A stretch of 56,350 nucleotides of DNA, filler included, from Platydemus manokwari (GCA_037951405.1; 4 parts of 4 records of this genome joined end to end with filler, not necessarily neighbours in it), one strand, 5' to 3'; positions 13,501 through 29,279 are shown, counted from the whole stretch's first letter. Numbers and translations: made by a program. Notes: generated by a model not told the origin, from the letters alone.

Positions 13501-16500
13501 TAAGAAGTTCAATTCAAAAATCTATTTTATCACAGTATTTAAACAAACTATATTAATCATTGATAGCTTTAATATTATAAACAGATATCTTTTTAATAAA
13601 ATTATCACGAGTTTGAAGTATATTTATATCGTACACGACACCGAATGATAATAGCTATTTGGAGGATTACTTAAGGAATTTTGTGAAGATTTCGCATTTA
13701 TAGAAATACACATTATACTAAAAATTAAAAAAAACAAAAACATTTCCAAGTTCATTTTAGTTTTTTTGCTAATCAATAAATATTAGTTGCTTTTATAGGT
13801 TAAAGAAAAGGTATTTTTCTTAAAAATGACGCTAGTCAACAACCTTTCGAAAAACTTATACCTTGATAGAAAATAAGTGATTCTACCGTTGAGTTTAGAT
13901 CTGGTTTTATATTTTTTTTATCATGTAAGGTTTCTTCAAATCACTTGTTTGAAATTTTGACTATATATTTGAAAGAAAAATTGTAACAAAATAGATCAAA
14001 CGCGCTCTTTTTGTATTAGCATTTTGTGATTTCAAGTATTTATAGCTTTGAATTTCAGACTTCTGAATAAATTTCCACTAATAGTATTTATAAACCGCTT
14101 GTATTTAATAAAGCACGTATTAGAAACTAACTTTAAAGTCACTATATAAAATTATATTTAACTATAATTATTTGAGCAAATTAATATTTTATAAAAATTT
14201 GAATTTTAACAAGTACTTGGATACATGAATTGTGCAGTTCCTATGAATTGGAAAAGCCAAATTTGTAACTGTTATTTTTGTATGAGAAACATTTATGGAG
14301 TAAACCTTAAATTCAAAAAGTCTGAATTAATTTTGAGGCCAGTTCCAAATAATGAAAAGCTAATAGTTCCTCCTTTCCTTTTAAACATTGTGGTTAGTAT
14401 CAAAAAAACCCTGATGATTCATATTTCGATGTGTTTCTTTCATTTTTAAAATCACATTTACTTTCACAAGGTGATGTCAATGATCTAATATGAAATTTTA
14501 AACTTTCCAAGCAGCAAAAAAATAGAATCTTCTTTAAAAATATGCCGGAGTTTGCATTTTTCTGAACAGGCATGACGATTTAAAGGAATACCTTTCGTTT
14601 GAAGATGGAATGTCGTTGAGTCTCTTATAAAATTTCTTAATTGTGTATATGAAACTGAAGATTATTGCTTATTTATACATTTTCCTAAAATCAGTTTAAA
14701 AGCCGCTCCTTTAGATATTGGGTAAAGTGTTTCCATCAGTTGCTTTGGTTGATGAAAAAAACGTATGACAATATTAAACTTCTCGATCAAATTTTGTATA
14801 AAAATCTTAAATGGAACATTTGCGATTATTTGAAAGTCATTGCTCTTTCACTTTGTCGGCTACTGGATTTACAAAATTGTCTTGTTTCCTTTGGTAGTGA
14901 AACAGTAGAGATTAGAAAAAAAATCACTACTTTGTAAAAGCCAGTAAAAAAAAATTTTCTAATTCATGGATATAAAAACGAAATTCATCAACCTCCCGTA
15001 AATCCAGACAAAATATGCTTACAAGAGCTTCATATTAAATGAATAACTTGATTAAAGTGGATCGAAGTAGTCCTAATTTTCAATATCTGTTAAAATAATT
15101 TCCTAATATTAACGAAGCTAAATTGTATTAAGGAATTTTTGTGAAACTTCAAGTTAGAAAAATGATAAAGGACCAAAATTTCTCTTCAACATCGAGACAC
15201 GAAAAAAAGCATGGTAGACCTTGGAGAACTTGGAAAAAGAAAGCACAAACAATGTTGAGATTGTTAACTTTACATCATTTATTTCATTTTCATATCCACA
15301 ACTTATTTCTCTCTTTAAAATCTTGTAGCTATGAGAGATGACTATGTATATTTTAATTATGAAGAATCTGTAACGTGAAAATGTCGTTGAAATATGATCA
15401 GTGGCTACGGTTGGAGTCTACAAAAAGAGATTCCTGGTACAAAATATACAAAAGATCTAATATTTCTACACTTCAAGGTAAGATTTTATATATACATGCA
15501 CAAACTGTACAAATTTCAACTATGTCCTGGAAAAACTTTACGTTATAGGAAAAATCTGAAATCAGATCTAAATTCAGCGCAAATAAACGTAAAAGAATAA
15601 CCCGCTTTCATTCAAAGAACAAAATATTTATTGACTTTTGCAATCCAAATAAGTCGTTATTATACCCATCGAAAAATATCTTCTGATCCAAGTCGATCAA
15701 AAAGATTTAAAAACCATATAAAATCAAAGCTATAATATATTTTTCCAATACCCAACTAAAGTTGTTACTAACCATAATTATAAACTAAAAAACAACAACC
15801 TATAATTAATATAGATTTATAAAATTTGAAAAATAAATCTCATAAATTTATGTAAAATAAAAATAAATCAATTCAACTTACGATTGTTAAGTACAGGTTT
15901 CAATCTTTCTTCATACTCACTTACAAAGTGCTTTTGATTATCGAAAACTGGAGAATGGGCTAATTTATAGCTTTTATTAAATATTTTATCGTATGCTTCT
16001 TGATCTTGAATTTCAATGGATGCCTTTTCATGTTGGGGTTCATTAGATAATTTATTGACATTTAATTTCTGATGCTACAAAACAAAATTATCTGTCAAAT
16101 TTGTGAGACATTTTATAGATTTATAATTAATGTTTTTAATAGTTTTAATATCAATTATGAATAATATAGTTTTGGTTATTATGATATTAAATAAGGAATA
16201 AATAAGCAGAAAATACCCAAAAATCAATCAAGTGAAAACCAGAACGAATTAGAAATATAATAAGAACTAAAATTCATTTAATTACAAAAACAATTATCAT
16301 TAAACAATGATTATTAGCAATGTGCTTTGGAATATGTTTGATAAAAAAATTAAAAGAAAATATTTTGTGAGACCAAATAAAAAAAAATCACATTAATCTT
16401 AGTGTAATTTATTCGATTTATAATAAATATAAATTTAGAAAAAAATATAGTAATAACTGAAGGCATGTTTCGATATAATACTCGAATACAATGAAGCATA

Positions 16501-19500
16501 GGTTCTGTGAGATTATAAAACAAATATAAAGTTGGAAAAAATTTCTTCTGAAATTGACATTTGAAACATCTAGTATGTATTGATTTCTTTCGAATCTTCC
16601 ATTTTAATTTTCTGATGTGTATGCAAAATTAAATAAAACCATCGGATCTCAAACAAGGTGTCCCACAGTTAACCACCAAGCCTCGTATTATAAAGACTTA
16701 TGGTTTCAAATTTAATTTTCAAATTGGATTAAATTTTCGCGCCGGTTGAGACTATAAAAAGCGAACCGAAGCTGTAAATATTTAATTGCAAAAACACAAA
16801 ACTATCAAATTATAATATGCAAATTATTATACTTCAACAATAGATAATTACTTCTTTCGGAAAGTAATTTTGACTGGCATCCGGATCAACACAGAAAGAT
16901 TTTCTATTGACAGATACACGGCCTGTAAATGGTCGTTCGTGAGAATATTTACTCTACAAGAAATAAAGTTGTATGGTTGATATTGTGTATCAATTCAAAG
17001 AAACTGACACCGGATTGTTGTTCCACTTCGACAAATGGTGCACATAAATTGATATCGACAACATAGGTTGTGAGAGTAGACTGGACAGCTGATACTCCTA
17101 TCAACTGATTGAAGTCTGAAGATAAAGCCATGTCATTGAATCCATTTTGCCACCCAACATGAACGGATTCCAAATGAGAAAGTGGTTCTGGATTGTAAAT
17201 CTGTTGTTCAAAATTAAAAATTATATTAATAATAAAAATAATGTTGTAAAATGTATTTGAATTTTTAAATATCCTGATACTTTAAGTAATTTTCAATAAA
17301 TTTGCAATGAGTTGAATGTAACATTAAAAAATCAATATTTGTAAGAGTTACTAGTTCCATTCGGCTGGATGTGTTATTGAAAACCTTTTCACCGAAATAC
17401 GTCAATGGTAAAATAATTTACATTCAACTTGTTGATAAACTTTTAAAAGTGCGAAATAAACTAACTGAAATTAATAAACAGAGATGATTGATAAAATTTA
17501 GATCGTGGAGAATAAATGTTTGAAAATTGCTCAATATGTCTTCATTAATTTATTCTAAAAGATAATTCTTAAACTTCTCCAATAAAGTTTATATCGATTA
17601 ACGATGAGTCTGTCGATTAAGGAGTTGAAAATAATAGATCAAACAATGATAGATAAACTAGTTATAAAGATGCCTGATCACCAAGATATTCATTTGAATC
17701 CATCAACTTCATATATTAAATACTGAATTGGAAATAAACCTCATCCCAACAAACTTCACACTATCATTCAATGATATTATCAGTTTGCGATTATCTGTTA
17801 TTATTTCGCCCATGTTCCTCATCAATTCACATTTATTAATTTTATAAAACAAGCCGAATTGTTGCTCTCAATGTAATCATTAATTTCACTTTGCATGGAT
17901 TCATTTGACAACAAAATTAACGGAAAAGAGTAAATAGAATGAAAATAATAAAATCTTGTGATATTATTTACTTATTAGATCTAAAATAAATAGATGTTTC
18001 AACTTGCTTTTTAAAGAATTATTCTGATTAGAAATAAAAATCGTAACATTTATGGCATCATTTCATTTCAATAATCCTTCTTCAAGATACGAGACAATTA
18101 TTTGAATTTAGTGAATAAATGACATTAATGGTATATAAGTGAAATTAAAGTGGATGGAATCAATAAATATGACCAACTAAATATTATTTTAAATGGTAGA
18201 AAAGATTTAACACAGAACAGAACAATTCATTATAGTATTTATAATATTAAGATTTAATGATTGGTAGCCGTCAGGGTGTTGCTTGATTGTATTCCACCAA
18301 TAGTCTGGTTTCATAATCTCTTCTACTCACCAGCATCGTTATAGTTTGACTAATCCGTTTATCGGTGCATTCGAACTCACCACAATTCACACACAATGGA
18401 TATCACTAATCACTTGTTAGTAGGCTGGATTTTGGTTGCATGTCAGAATATCTCTCACAAAATATTGTAAAAATCATAATAAACATTTATAACCAGTTTA
18501 TTACAAAAATTAAAACAAAAAAATAATATATGGTTTTAATTAATCTAAATATGAGGTAGTATATAAAATATAAAATCAATTTAAAAATCTGGAAAGAAAA
18601 ATAAGTTTTATTAGACACTAACTGAATTGCTCTCTTTATGTGGGATATTTAATAAAAATGAAAATATTTTATGCAATTTTATAGATTTCACAATTTAATG
18701 TTTTGGTTTTTTCATCTTATTAGAATGTCAGACAATAATTTATGGACATTTATTTCAAACAATTTTATTGTCACAACAATATAGGCTTTTTTAGTTTGAT
18801 AATATAGTTTAAGTCTATTGAACAAGACTTGAAAGAAATCACAAATTTCGATTGTAAATAATTTTATTATAGAAACTGTAACTGGTAAATTTTGACATCA
18901 CTAAATGAAAGTGGAAATGCAATAATTAGTTGAAAAAGTTTTAAAAAAATTTATACATACGAAGTAAATTTTTTTATCACCACAAACGATTGGCAATTTA
19001 TAAAAATTCAATTGTAAATATTAAGCGCGGGAGTAAAAATTAAACCAGGTCTTGTCAATCGATAGAAGAATTTGGAAGGTTCGTATTTTCATTGATCAAC
19101 CTTTACGAGTTTATTGAGGAATATTGTCCTTGTAGTAAACTTAAAAGTCCGCTAAATGACACGATTTTGATTTAAATAATGATTGGCTGTGCAAATATTT
19201 TTTGAAGGAAGAAATTTCAATCAAATTTATGGTTATCACATCTGATATGTGTGTTGCACTTATTGGATTTATAAGTCTGGGTGATTATTTACTATTTATA
19301 AAAACTGAAAATAACATAAATCATACTAAAACTCATTAATATTTATATAATGGAAATTTATTTATTCACCTTTAAGTAGTCTGTTGATGCAGCATAAAGC
19401 ACAGATTCACGCGGATGAAAGCACAGTTTGTCAATTGAGCTGGCACAATCAGTTCTCAGTGTGGATTCGATGAATTTGAAATCTTGTAAATCAAACAATT

Positions 19501-19920
19501 TTATTGTATGATCTTTAGAACTCGAGGAAAGTACTAAAAGTTGAGGATGGAATTCAATTGCAGTAATTGCCGCCCGGTGATCTTGAAATTCTGCTAGTTG
19601 CTTTCCTGCTGTTAAGTCCCACAGCTATTAAAAGGTAAATAAAAGTCCAACAAAAATGTTTTAAAATATATATAGACGTTGTCTTTATTATTTAAAATTT
19701 TCACTTAAAAAAGTTGAAGAAATTTCTGAAAACAATAATTATGAAAATTTAGTCCATAGAAATAACCCTAAGAAATGGTATAATAACTGCTTACTTTAAT
19801 TGAATTATCACTACTTCCAGAGACAAGCCATTTTCCATCTGGAGAGAACCTTAGACAAGTAACAGATCCTGTATGACCTTTATAAGTATTTATACATGAT
19901 TTCTTTCTGATATCCCACAG
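10528..19920 (-). CDS. KATNB1: Katanin p80 WD40 subunit B1, 5'-partial (10 exons recovered)
   Basis: Phase-consistent exons: 19920-19795 ([42 protein letters not shown]), 19624-19370 ([27 protein letters not shown]...), 17200-17009, 16953-16852, 16074-15882, 13159-13008, 12961-12738, 12682-12608, 12548-12435 (...VDISREER), 10660-10528 (YRKCSACY...*). These give WD40 repeats plus the con80 C-terminal motif [12 protein letters not shown]. Exons for the first WD repeats were not found in the window. Confidence 0.92.
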
Positions 19921-21439
19921 CTAAAATATAAAATTTAAATAAAAATAATAAATTTCTTAATAAAGCGTAATCTCGATTAAATAATCTTTGTTTCGAAATA
20001 TTTTTATTGAACTACATAATTATTTATTATTTTGGATAATCTATATGCCAGTCAGGAACGACTCAAAAATTGGGTACAACCAATGGTAAAAGAGTTGTAC
20101 TGGGTAAAAAGTATTCCTAATGCACATTACATATTATCAATATAAATGTATAAAATAACCATATATCCTCAATGACAATTAAACCAGACAAGTAAAGTAA
20201 AAAAGAATCAGCGGTACTAATTTAATGATTAATTTGAAACCTATAACTTTCTTTATAAGAATAGAAATATTTGATGTAGACGATTCAGTTATTAATTAGC
20301 AAAAATTATTTTTCCAGTTATTTATTTTTATCAAATAAACATCAATCAAAAACCGTCGAAATGGAAAACAACGAAAATTAGCTAAACATTTTGAAAGTTA
20401 AAATACAGTTTTTAAAATACAGTTCTTTCACCAGAATTTGGAAAAACTTGATAATAAAATAAAATAAAATTCAGAAATTACTCAGTTTAATGAAAACGAA
20501 TGTCAAATATAAAATCATTTTTTTCACGCTATTTCTCTGTCCTTAACAATAAAATAACACATGCTTATTTTTAATGAAGTCAAAGTCGAATAATTTTATT
20601 ACCAATTTCTCACCACCGAGTGAATCATCGTATTTGATTAGAGTTTAGATGGATGTTTGGAAAAATATATTATAAATAATAAATGGATTTTCATTGATAG
20701 GCAATGATAAATCTATAAAATAAGATTCATGCTTGTTTAACGAAATGGTGTAAATTTTCCAAAGCCAATTTCAAATTCCTCATAATTATTAAAAGGCAAA
20801 AAAATAAGAAAATATTGGAGAGCACATGCATTGTTGTTATACATTCAGAATGACTTGCTTGGTTTCAAGTAATTATTAAATTGTCAAAAAATATTAGTAT
20901 GATGAATTGAAAGAAAAAATATTGAAAAATCTGTATTTACTTCAATAATTACATTACTTGTTTTTATTATGTGTAAAATAATATAAAAATAATAAACCTT
21001 TAAATCATTTAACGATTATGGTAATTCTAGAAAAATATTTCACAAAATATATGACACCATCGAATTTGTTCATGAATATTAACAAGATAATTTTAAATAA
21101 TTAATTAATTAAAAATCATTTTCATATGAAATCGAAATAATTATAAATATTGATTTTATTTTAAATGATTTTAACAAGACATTTATTTATTTGTAACGCG
21201 ATAAATAAGATTGGAAATTAAAAGTAGATTTAATTAAAAAATAAATAATTTTTCATTATAATTATACAATTCTTGGATCAAGCTTTACAACGCAAAATAA
21301 GTTTCACATTTCATAATGAGATCATGTAAAAACAAAATGTTTTATGCTCTTAAATCTTGTTTTATAGATCAATATTATTTTTAACCAGATTAAGTAGTTA
21401 AAATTATTTAGCATCTCACTGCTAATGCTTTTTAAAATC

Positions 21440-21900
21440 AACTAATACATGAATGAACGAAGTGTTTGGAAGAAAACATGGGGATATCCAAGTATTTATA
21501 TGAGAAGAACAATCGCCAAAATGTCAACTTAATCGAAACAACAAGATCAGAATATGTTGAGGAGTTACTGAAGATTTCATAAAAGAGCCTTATCAACGAC
21601 GACTTTCAATGACTAACAGAAAGCAAGAAATTGACATAGAATTAGAAAGAATTGAATTTGACACCATGAATTTGCTACAGGTTTTTTAAAGAAAATATTG
21701 ATAAGGATAATCGGACAAGTTTATCCAATCCTACCGAACGATCCAGTTTAAAGATAAGTATAAGTTTTTTGATATTGTACAATTCCACTATGGAACTTTC
21801 ATTATCTATTGTATGAGCGTTGTGTAGTTAAACTTACTAATACTGGAACAAATCAACTCAAAAATAAAAATTCCACTCAATTCGCCTTTAAAAAACAAAA
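21440..21900 (+). mobile_element. Possible degenerate pogo/Tigger-like transposase C-terminal relic
   Basis: Interrupted reading SVWKKTWG...EYVEELLKIS*KSLINDDFQ resembles the Tigger C-terminal 'DVEELL...ELTNEDL' pattern. It has many stops. Confidence 0.25.
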
Positions 21901-22299
21901 AATTCATAATATATTTTGAAAAGCACTAACTGCGCATAAAATAACCCTTTTTATATAATCGGTTAAAATTTCTTTTTTCAGATAAAATTTAATTACATTT
22001 AAATCAATTCGGTCAAATGATTCCGATATTACCAGATATCGAAGTACACATGAATGCTCTTCCGGAGAAACAGTGGTATTATTCATTTTAAAAACTGACA
22101 AAATGTCATGTTTCTCGGATGCTCAAGCGATCAAGGTTTAGCTGAAAAGCAAAATTGGACCAACTTGAATGCTTGCTCTGGTTCGAAGTCGGAAAACTCA
22201 AGTTGTTCAATTATTAAACCAAAGTTTGAATAGCATTAAGAATTTATAACTGATTTCTTAAAATCTCGTTGTTTTTGACATAATCATACGAGACTCATC

Positions 22300-22458
22300 T
22301 CAACAATTAACTATTGTAATTACATCTGGAAAATCAGCACGATAGGAGAATAATTCAACCCAATATCCCCATCTTGTGACTATTATGAAAGATGGGTTTC
22401 CAATAGCTGCACAATGTGATTCACGTATCTTATTTTTGACCCTGTTTGCATTCGCACC
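22300..22458 (-). mobile_element. Possible hAT-like transposase fragment
   Basis: ...PSFIIVTRWGYWVELFSYRADF resembles the hAT 'PxPVxTRWGTWxxA' motif. Confidence 0.35.
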
Positions 22459-22460
22459 TA

Positions 22461-22545
22461 CAATAAGCTGAAGCAGAAACTTCAGGAACTGCACGCCATC
22501 GAAGTCATCCCCCACCCAGCGTATAGCCCGGACCTTGCCCCTTCT
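22461..22545 (+). mobile_element. Mariner transposase fragment abutting assembly gap
   Basis: Reads KQKLQELHAIEVIPHPAYSPDLAPS, containing the diagnostic mariner YSPDLAP motif. It is GC-rich relative to its flanks. Confidence 0.9.
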
Positions 22546-22645
22546 NNNNNNNNNNNNNNNNNNNNNNNNNNNNNNNNNNNNNNNNNNNNTTAATTAATTA
22601 ANNNNNNNNNNNNNNNNNNNNNNNNNNNNNNNNNNNNNNNNNNNN
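22546..22645. other. Assembly gap with artificial TTAATTAATTAA spacer
   Basis: 100-nt N block with a central linker, identical at all three gaps. Confidence 0.97.
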
Positions 22646-25600
22646 ATTTATCAATAAGCAGATTCCCGGTAAAACTGATAACGATAAATTACTTCAGAAA
22701 AATATTTGTTCAGAAAATTTGTTAAATACAAGTTTGGATTTGGATATTTTATATTAGTTCTCGTTGGTCCTGGAGGACTTTAGTAACACGTAGGAGAATG
22801 AAGAAAAGTCTTCACTATCACAAAACACTGTTGCAACGATATTTCAATTCCTGCTGCAGTGCTCAAAACTTCAGGCAAAATCTTGTTTATTGGAATGATA
22901 ATTTTTGTCAATTTGTTCAGATAATTTCGTAGGGTTCCTTCACAAAATTTCAATGATCTTCTCGGATTAGTTTTGTACTGAAATTAGCGATTGAGGTGCT
23001 CTGATCCCCGCTCATTTCTTATACCATTGTGGGTATGCGTGGAAGTTAGATTTTCATCGTTTTATCAATATAAAATATCCTTGATTTGTTCGATAATTAT
23101 CTCTGATTAAATTTTACACTATTTGGTCTCTATTTTGTATTGGTCAGAAGCCCGATAAATCTTACTTTTCTTAACTTTTAAATTCGACTTGTCTTTCTTT
23201 TGTATGACTCAAATTTCTAATTTCCTCGTTTTTCTCACTTTATTTAATATTAATTAACATTTCGATTTATTATTATTATTATTACTATTATAATTACCAT
23301 TATTATTATTATTATTAACAGCATCATCATCCAAGTGTTAAGGTCACACATATTTTTTTCTTTTAGTAAAACCAATTATATTTAGAATGACATCAGCTTT
23401 AAAAATAATCTGGTGAGATGTGAAAGATTGCTTTTATGTGAATTTTGAAAAATTCGCACGTCATAAATTTTAAGTAAATCTTCTACTAGATATAAAATGC
23501 ATCCAAAAATTTTGTTACATAAATAACATACTTGATAAGTTTACATTTCAAATATATTTGTTTAATTTATTTTTGGAAGCGATATAGTTATGTTTTTTGG
23601 TTTTTCATTTATCTCTTCGAATGACAAAAATACTTTCAATCAAATGTAGGAATCTTATTTTTTTTTCAAATACTTCTTTCAGGCTTGAAAAATGTTTATT
23701 CAATATCAGATAGATCATATTAAGTGATCGTCACCCTTTCATTGATTTCAACATTATATTGAAGGAGGTTTTCTTTCCGAACTCATGAATTCGTGGATAT
23801 TTCATCACCGAGAGATGACACAAGACCTGGACTGAAGGCTAGTTGAATTTAGTGAAGATTTTCGAAAAAAAAGAAATGAAATAAAAAAATTAAAAAGAAT
23901 AAAAAATAGGAAGAAATATAAAAATTGGTTAAAGAAAGAGTAGTCTTTCAAGGATTCCCTTCGATTCCATTTCTCTAGTTAAGTGCATTGTGCCTTGAAT
24001 TGTAAATTTGTGATTAGCTTGTTAAAAGAGTGAAGCAGTATACAGAATAAAAACTAAAAAATCGAAACAGTCAGAATATAGTAACAATTATAATTTATTT
24101 AAAATAAAATATTTGTTTTAATTAATTCTCATATATAAAGGTCAAGAGCATTTCTTCGTCTTTTAAACAAATTCGATGTATTTAAGAATTCCATGTAGAT
24201 TCTCAAATTTTAAAAAATGTGTACCTATGACAGTAAATAAATTTATTGCATTTCACATCATTGTAGCATGCCAAGGAAGACAAATGTATTTTCCAGTTTT
24301 GTCTAGCTAAATACCACTTTCTCTGTGATCCTATATAATATTGAGAAATCTGTGTAGTGTCATTACATTTCAAGCCTTTATGTTCAAAGGATTTCCTGAT
24401 TAAATAAATTATCATTTCCAACAGACACCTCACAGGTTTACACACTACTTCTTACTCGGAAGCACCGATCAGAATTTCTCTCATTAGCTGATTCGAAGTT
24501 ATATCCAATATTACTTAACTAGATTCGAATATGAGTAGCTGTTGTAATTGGTTATCGGTTTCATGTCACCGTATTTGTCACAATTTTTAATTCTATCCAT
24601 ATAACTAAAATCAAATATTTTTACTCTGAAGTATTAATATTATAGTTTTAAGTAGAATAATGAATTTTACGATTAGCATCATGAAACAACTTATATTTTA
24701 AAATAATTTGTTTTAAATTTAATTGAGTTGTTCTGAAATAAATAGATATAACTCACGAAACAAAGCTGTGTGATCCTTTAACAAAAATTACCATAAAATA
24801 AAATATTAATTCAGAAAAATAAATTAAAAATAAACTTAAGAAATTCAACTCACAAAAGTGCATTCGACTAAAATATTCAAACAAACAATTTTAAGATATT
24901 TTCGATCATTTCATTTAATTAAAACGATTAAAAATACTTTGAAGAACATTTAAAATTCGCGCAATAGCTAATATTAACTTATTGATCCTATCTCTACTTA
25001 ATCTTTACGTTTTTTTTGTTTATCCGCTGCTTAAAAATGTTTTGGTCAAACAATAAAGGAATATTAATGAGATAAAATTTTATCCATTGTTCTTGTGTAA
25101 ATCTGTAATCTTTATAAAATTTTCTGCAAGCCACACATTAGGGATTCGCCGATATAAACTATCGAATTCAAAACTCTACCATGATATCTATGGTATCGAA
25201 TCACAAAGGCATCTCCATTGATAAGTAAATTGTACAAAGCCACATATAAAAATCATTCAACTTAAAGTTGTTTTCTGGGCACATTTGATATCATTATTTA
25301 CAGTCGATTTATTGGATCGGATATTTTCCATAGCATTTATGTCAGACATTGAATTTTCATTATTTAAATATACGAAATCACTCCGGTGAAAATTATTTGA
25401 GCACGATTCGTTTGTAAAATTGGTAATATCGTTTAGATGTTAATAAGAAAATTCTCGAAATCACAAATGGTTTTCGATTATTCTACTGATAATGTTTCCA
25501 CTGAGTCGATTTTATTTTCAAAGACCAATGGAGAATAATCTTAATATTATTGATATCATTTATAGTTCAAAATACGGTACTGCACTCGTGTTTGACAGCA

Positions 25601-26879
25601 ATCGTAAGAAATTTAGAACTGACACAAATTTCCATTAAAAAAATATAATTAAAAAGTTTGCTGATAAAGGCACAATAAAATGATTATTAAATTGACTCGA
25701 TATAAAATGTGACCGAAATATTATTTTTTTTGGCAATTTCATCATGAAAGTATTTATTTTATCGAGTTTATTTCACGAAGAAACCGTCGTTTGAGAGATA
25801 GGAATATTGATAGGAACTTAATTTATGACTTCCTCACATAAGGTATTGTTCAGCCGAATAATTCAAGGAAATCGAAATACATTTTCCCCTAAACACAAGA
25901 CAGTTTTCGTTAGATATCAATGCTTCCTGTAAATATGAAATGGTAAACGGAGATAAATTTATCCGTTAGTTTTCTCGCCACATTCGTAACTGTGGCAGAC
26001 GCCGTTCACAATGCCGTTCAGACACTGAATCAAGAATCGAACTATTTCTTTCTTGAATCATTTGATATTTTACTAAATAGTTTCTTCAATCGTGTGATTC
26101 ATCCCTTTTATTTTGTGACTGAATATGGGAATGGAGAGGAAACTTGTGAAATTCGTTGCTTTTTAATTCTAGTATATGTTAAAATAAAATGCGAACACAT
26201 CATTAATAAAATACAATGAATGCAGTCGTAAAGATAGATAAATGATTTGTAAATATAAAACCTCTAACACAGTTTTTGAAAAATCTGAAATTTTTTAATT
26301 CCTTGTAACTAGCTTCGTTTTTTTTTCAAATTTCTACTACTTATTAAATAATATTTATCTTCGTGAATTCAATCTACTTCTGTTTTTTTTTAAATATTAT
26401 CATTGTAGACGATTCGCTCATTTTTTTTTCGATAGATCTAAATATAGAAATTTTATCTAGTTTAGAAAGTTTTCGCTGTAGTTATTATTAGTTTATTAAC
26501 AGATACAATAATTCACTGAGTAGTGAATTGAGATTTTTAGAATAATTCCAAATATTCGATTATCTGTTGGAGACACGTTGAAAAAGTTAGACTGTTGATT
26601 TTGCAAAATTTTCCTTTAATATCGATTGATTTTTAAAGAATATAGTCAACCCTCATTAATCCGAAAATTAGAAATCGATTTCATTTCGAATTGTGAAAAT
26701 TAATTACGGATAATGAAGGAATTTAAAATCTACATGATCGCCATATTAATGATGACATTATTAAGAAAAAGTGAATTATTTATTTAAAAAATCTTCTAAA
26801 GTTTTTTGTAGAGATTTCTTTTGAATGCATTTTTGTAAATCAACTTTGAATTTTTTAAAATTTTTTATTGTGTCATTGG

Positions 26880-27480
26880 TTATTTTTTGAGCAGAGCTGT
26901 TTGAAGAAGAACTTGCTTTGATGATATTTTCAATTGCATGGAATAAATTGTTTGGACTTATGTCGACCTAACCATCTTCAGCACTAAGTACGACATCTTC
27001 AACAGTGTATTCTTCTTGACACATTGCAATTATTTCATCATCCTCAATGACTTCTTCTGTTTGGATCATATCCTTTTCAACCATCATTTGGTCAATCTCA
27101 TTCTTGTCTGTCTCAAAAACGGGATCTGATGACAATTTATATTGAAAATATTTTTTTTTTAATTTAAACCTCTTTAACATTGCACACAATATTTTTATTA
27201 TTCGGTCGGTCAAAAATAAACGACATTTTTGTTCCTGTTCCTGTACCTTGTACCGATCTTTATCATAATTTCTAATAAATGTAAATCATTAATAAAGATT
27301 GATTTTAATATGTTAAGATTTTTAGCAATCTTTTTCGTTATTAAATCCTTAACGGATTCGACCAATGCTTTCATTTTGTCTACACAAGCTGTGTTTGATC
27401 TTCTTGCCCATGAGATGTAACGATTATGTCGAAACATCAAAGAGATGAAATTAAGAGCAACGTCACCGTATAACTTTTAA
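26880..27480 (-). mobile_element. Possible degenerate pogo/Tigger-like transposase relic
   Basis: Overlapping ORFs 27440-27210 and 27213-26968. NEIDQMMVEKDMIQTEEVIEDDEIIAMCQEE resembles the Tigger acidic tail (TxExLTDEEII). Confidence 0.35.
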
Positions 27481-29279
27481 TGATGTTGCCTGAAAATATT
27501 AATATTAATAGGAAATCTACTTAAATTGACGGATAAAATGTTGTTTGTACTAGCTCGAAGATATTCCATTATATATCTATCTATAGCCGATAAGATTCGA
27601 ATTTTTTATCACGATGGACCTGTTTTTAATCAATAGACTGGCGTGTAATTTTATACATAAATTAAGCCATCATTAATATATTAACAACGTCAGAGGGTAA
27701 ATGAGGATTTATAATTCTAGACCACTCACTGCCATTCATCCTGCTAGATTGGAAAACAAATGTTTGAGATAGTAATTTGATTATTAATGATTTTACTTAT
27801 CAAATAATTGATATTGGTCCATCGAAAGTTCACCATTTGTAAGAACAATCCCTTTTCTAAATCATAAAAACAACTCCGATTATCAATTCATGATTTTTGA
27901 ATTCATTTTTTATACCCGAGTTTCCTAACCATATTTTTATTTTATATTTCTCATTATAAGATTATAAAGATGTACTGGAATTGATTCAAGATTTTGATTC
28001 AAGGCACATTATGATATTTAATTCATAGATAAGACAAATTTAATCGAACAGAGACTGTATACCCTTTGGAAATTTTTGAAATCAAAACTTTTTAAAGCCT
28101 TTAATTTTTTAATGTTTAGGCTGTCTCACTTTCGAATATTTGAAGTTTTAGAATTTCAATTAAAGAATTAACTCTTGCAAAAATAAACGTTCTGGACATC
28201 ATATTTCATCAAATCGATAATATGTTGCGGTACAATTAAGAGAAAGAACTATAAAAGCATTTTAAACCTTTCCTTGTAACGAGTTCAGTGATTTGAGTTC
28301 CATACAGTCTGCTTTTGCTTGAGACTCCACAGTTGGCGAAATTTCCATTGATTAGGAGACAATTTTGGCGTCAGTTGAATATATGTCAAATAATATACTG
28401 CAACAGATACATATAAAATAGATGTCTCTGCATCCTTTGAGAAAATAATTCAACATCAGAGATCAAGAAATAAAACTTCAATCGACGGACAAGATTATTT
28501 TCGACGTTCAACTCTTAAGTGTAATAAACGCAAGACTTAAACATTTTGTAAATCGATCCAACTTAATAATAACCAATTTGCAAAAGGAGTCCATTGCAGT
28601 GAATATGCTGTAATGAGTTGCAACATACGAAATTAACGCGAACCATTTTGAAAAATTGAGATAGATAATTGTCAAGAATTTTGTTTTTATAAAAAGTTTT
28701 TATTATTATGGCACAGAGATCTTGTAGTTGAATATTTAATTATAAAGGAAATTACGATAATCATTTAATTATCGAAATGTTGAAAAAAAATCATAAAATC
28801 ATAAAATCTGAAAAAAATCCATGTTTTCACATTTATATAAAGTGATGCTAAATCAATTCAGAGTGTGAAGTAAGCCATGCAGATTTTCATTTGAAGAGTA
28901 TTGATTTTCGTTTAACATTATTAGTTGTTTATCTCTGATTTTAGTCATACTTAAATTGGACTGCATATTAGACATCCCTATAAGACTTTTATACATTTTC
29001 ATTACACACCACAACTGATGCCAATCAATGATAATAATACATGTACAATAAGATTGTCGATATCTTGATCATAGCGATCGAAAACTGTACTACAAAAGCA
29101 CATCGCCTTGAGTCGAAAATCATCACTTAATTATAGATTTAATTAAAATAAAATAAAAAGTTTATTGCTTATAAATAGTGATTTATCGATTAGTATGTAT
29201 TCACTGACATCGATAAATCTTTGAAAAAATATACGAATTTGAAAATATTAAAATCGAATTGAATTTTTGAAGATTTTTT

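Noticed and set aside
14200-15600. Short ORFs inside a KATNB1 intron
   Set aside because: They show no recognisable motifs and have frequent stops in neighbouring frames, so they are probably decayed repeat sequence.
22300-22515. 71-aa ORF as a KATNB1 first exon or novel gene
   Set aside because: It is a chimera of antisense mariner sequence and a hAT-like fragment, with no WD40 features.
22590-22601. TTAATTAATTAA palindrome, repeated in all three N blocks
   Set aside because: It is an artificial scaffolding spacer, not biology.
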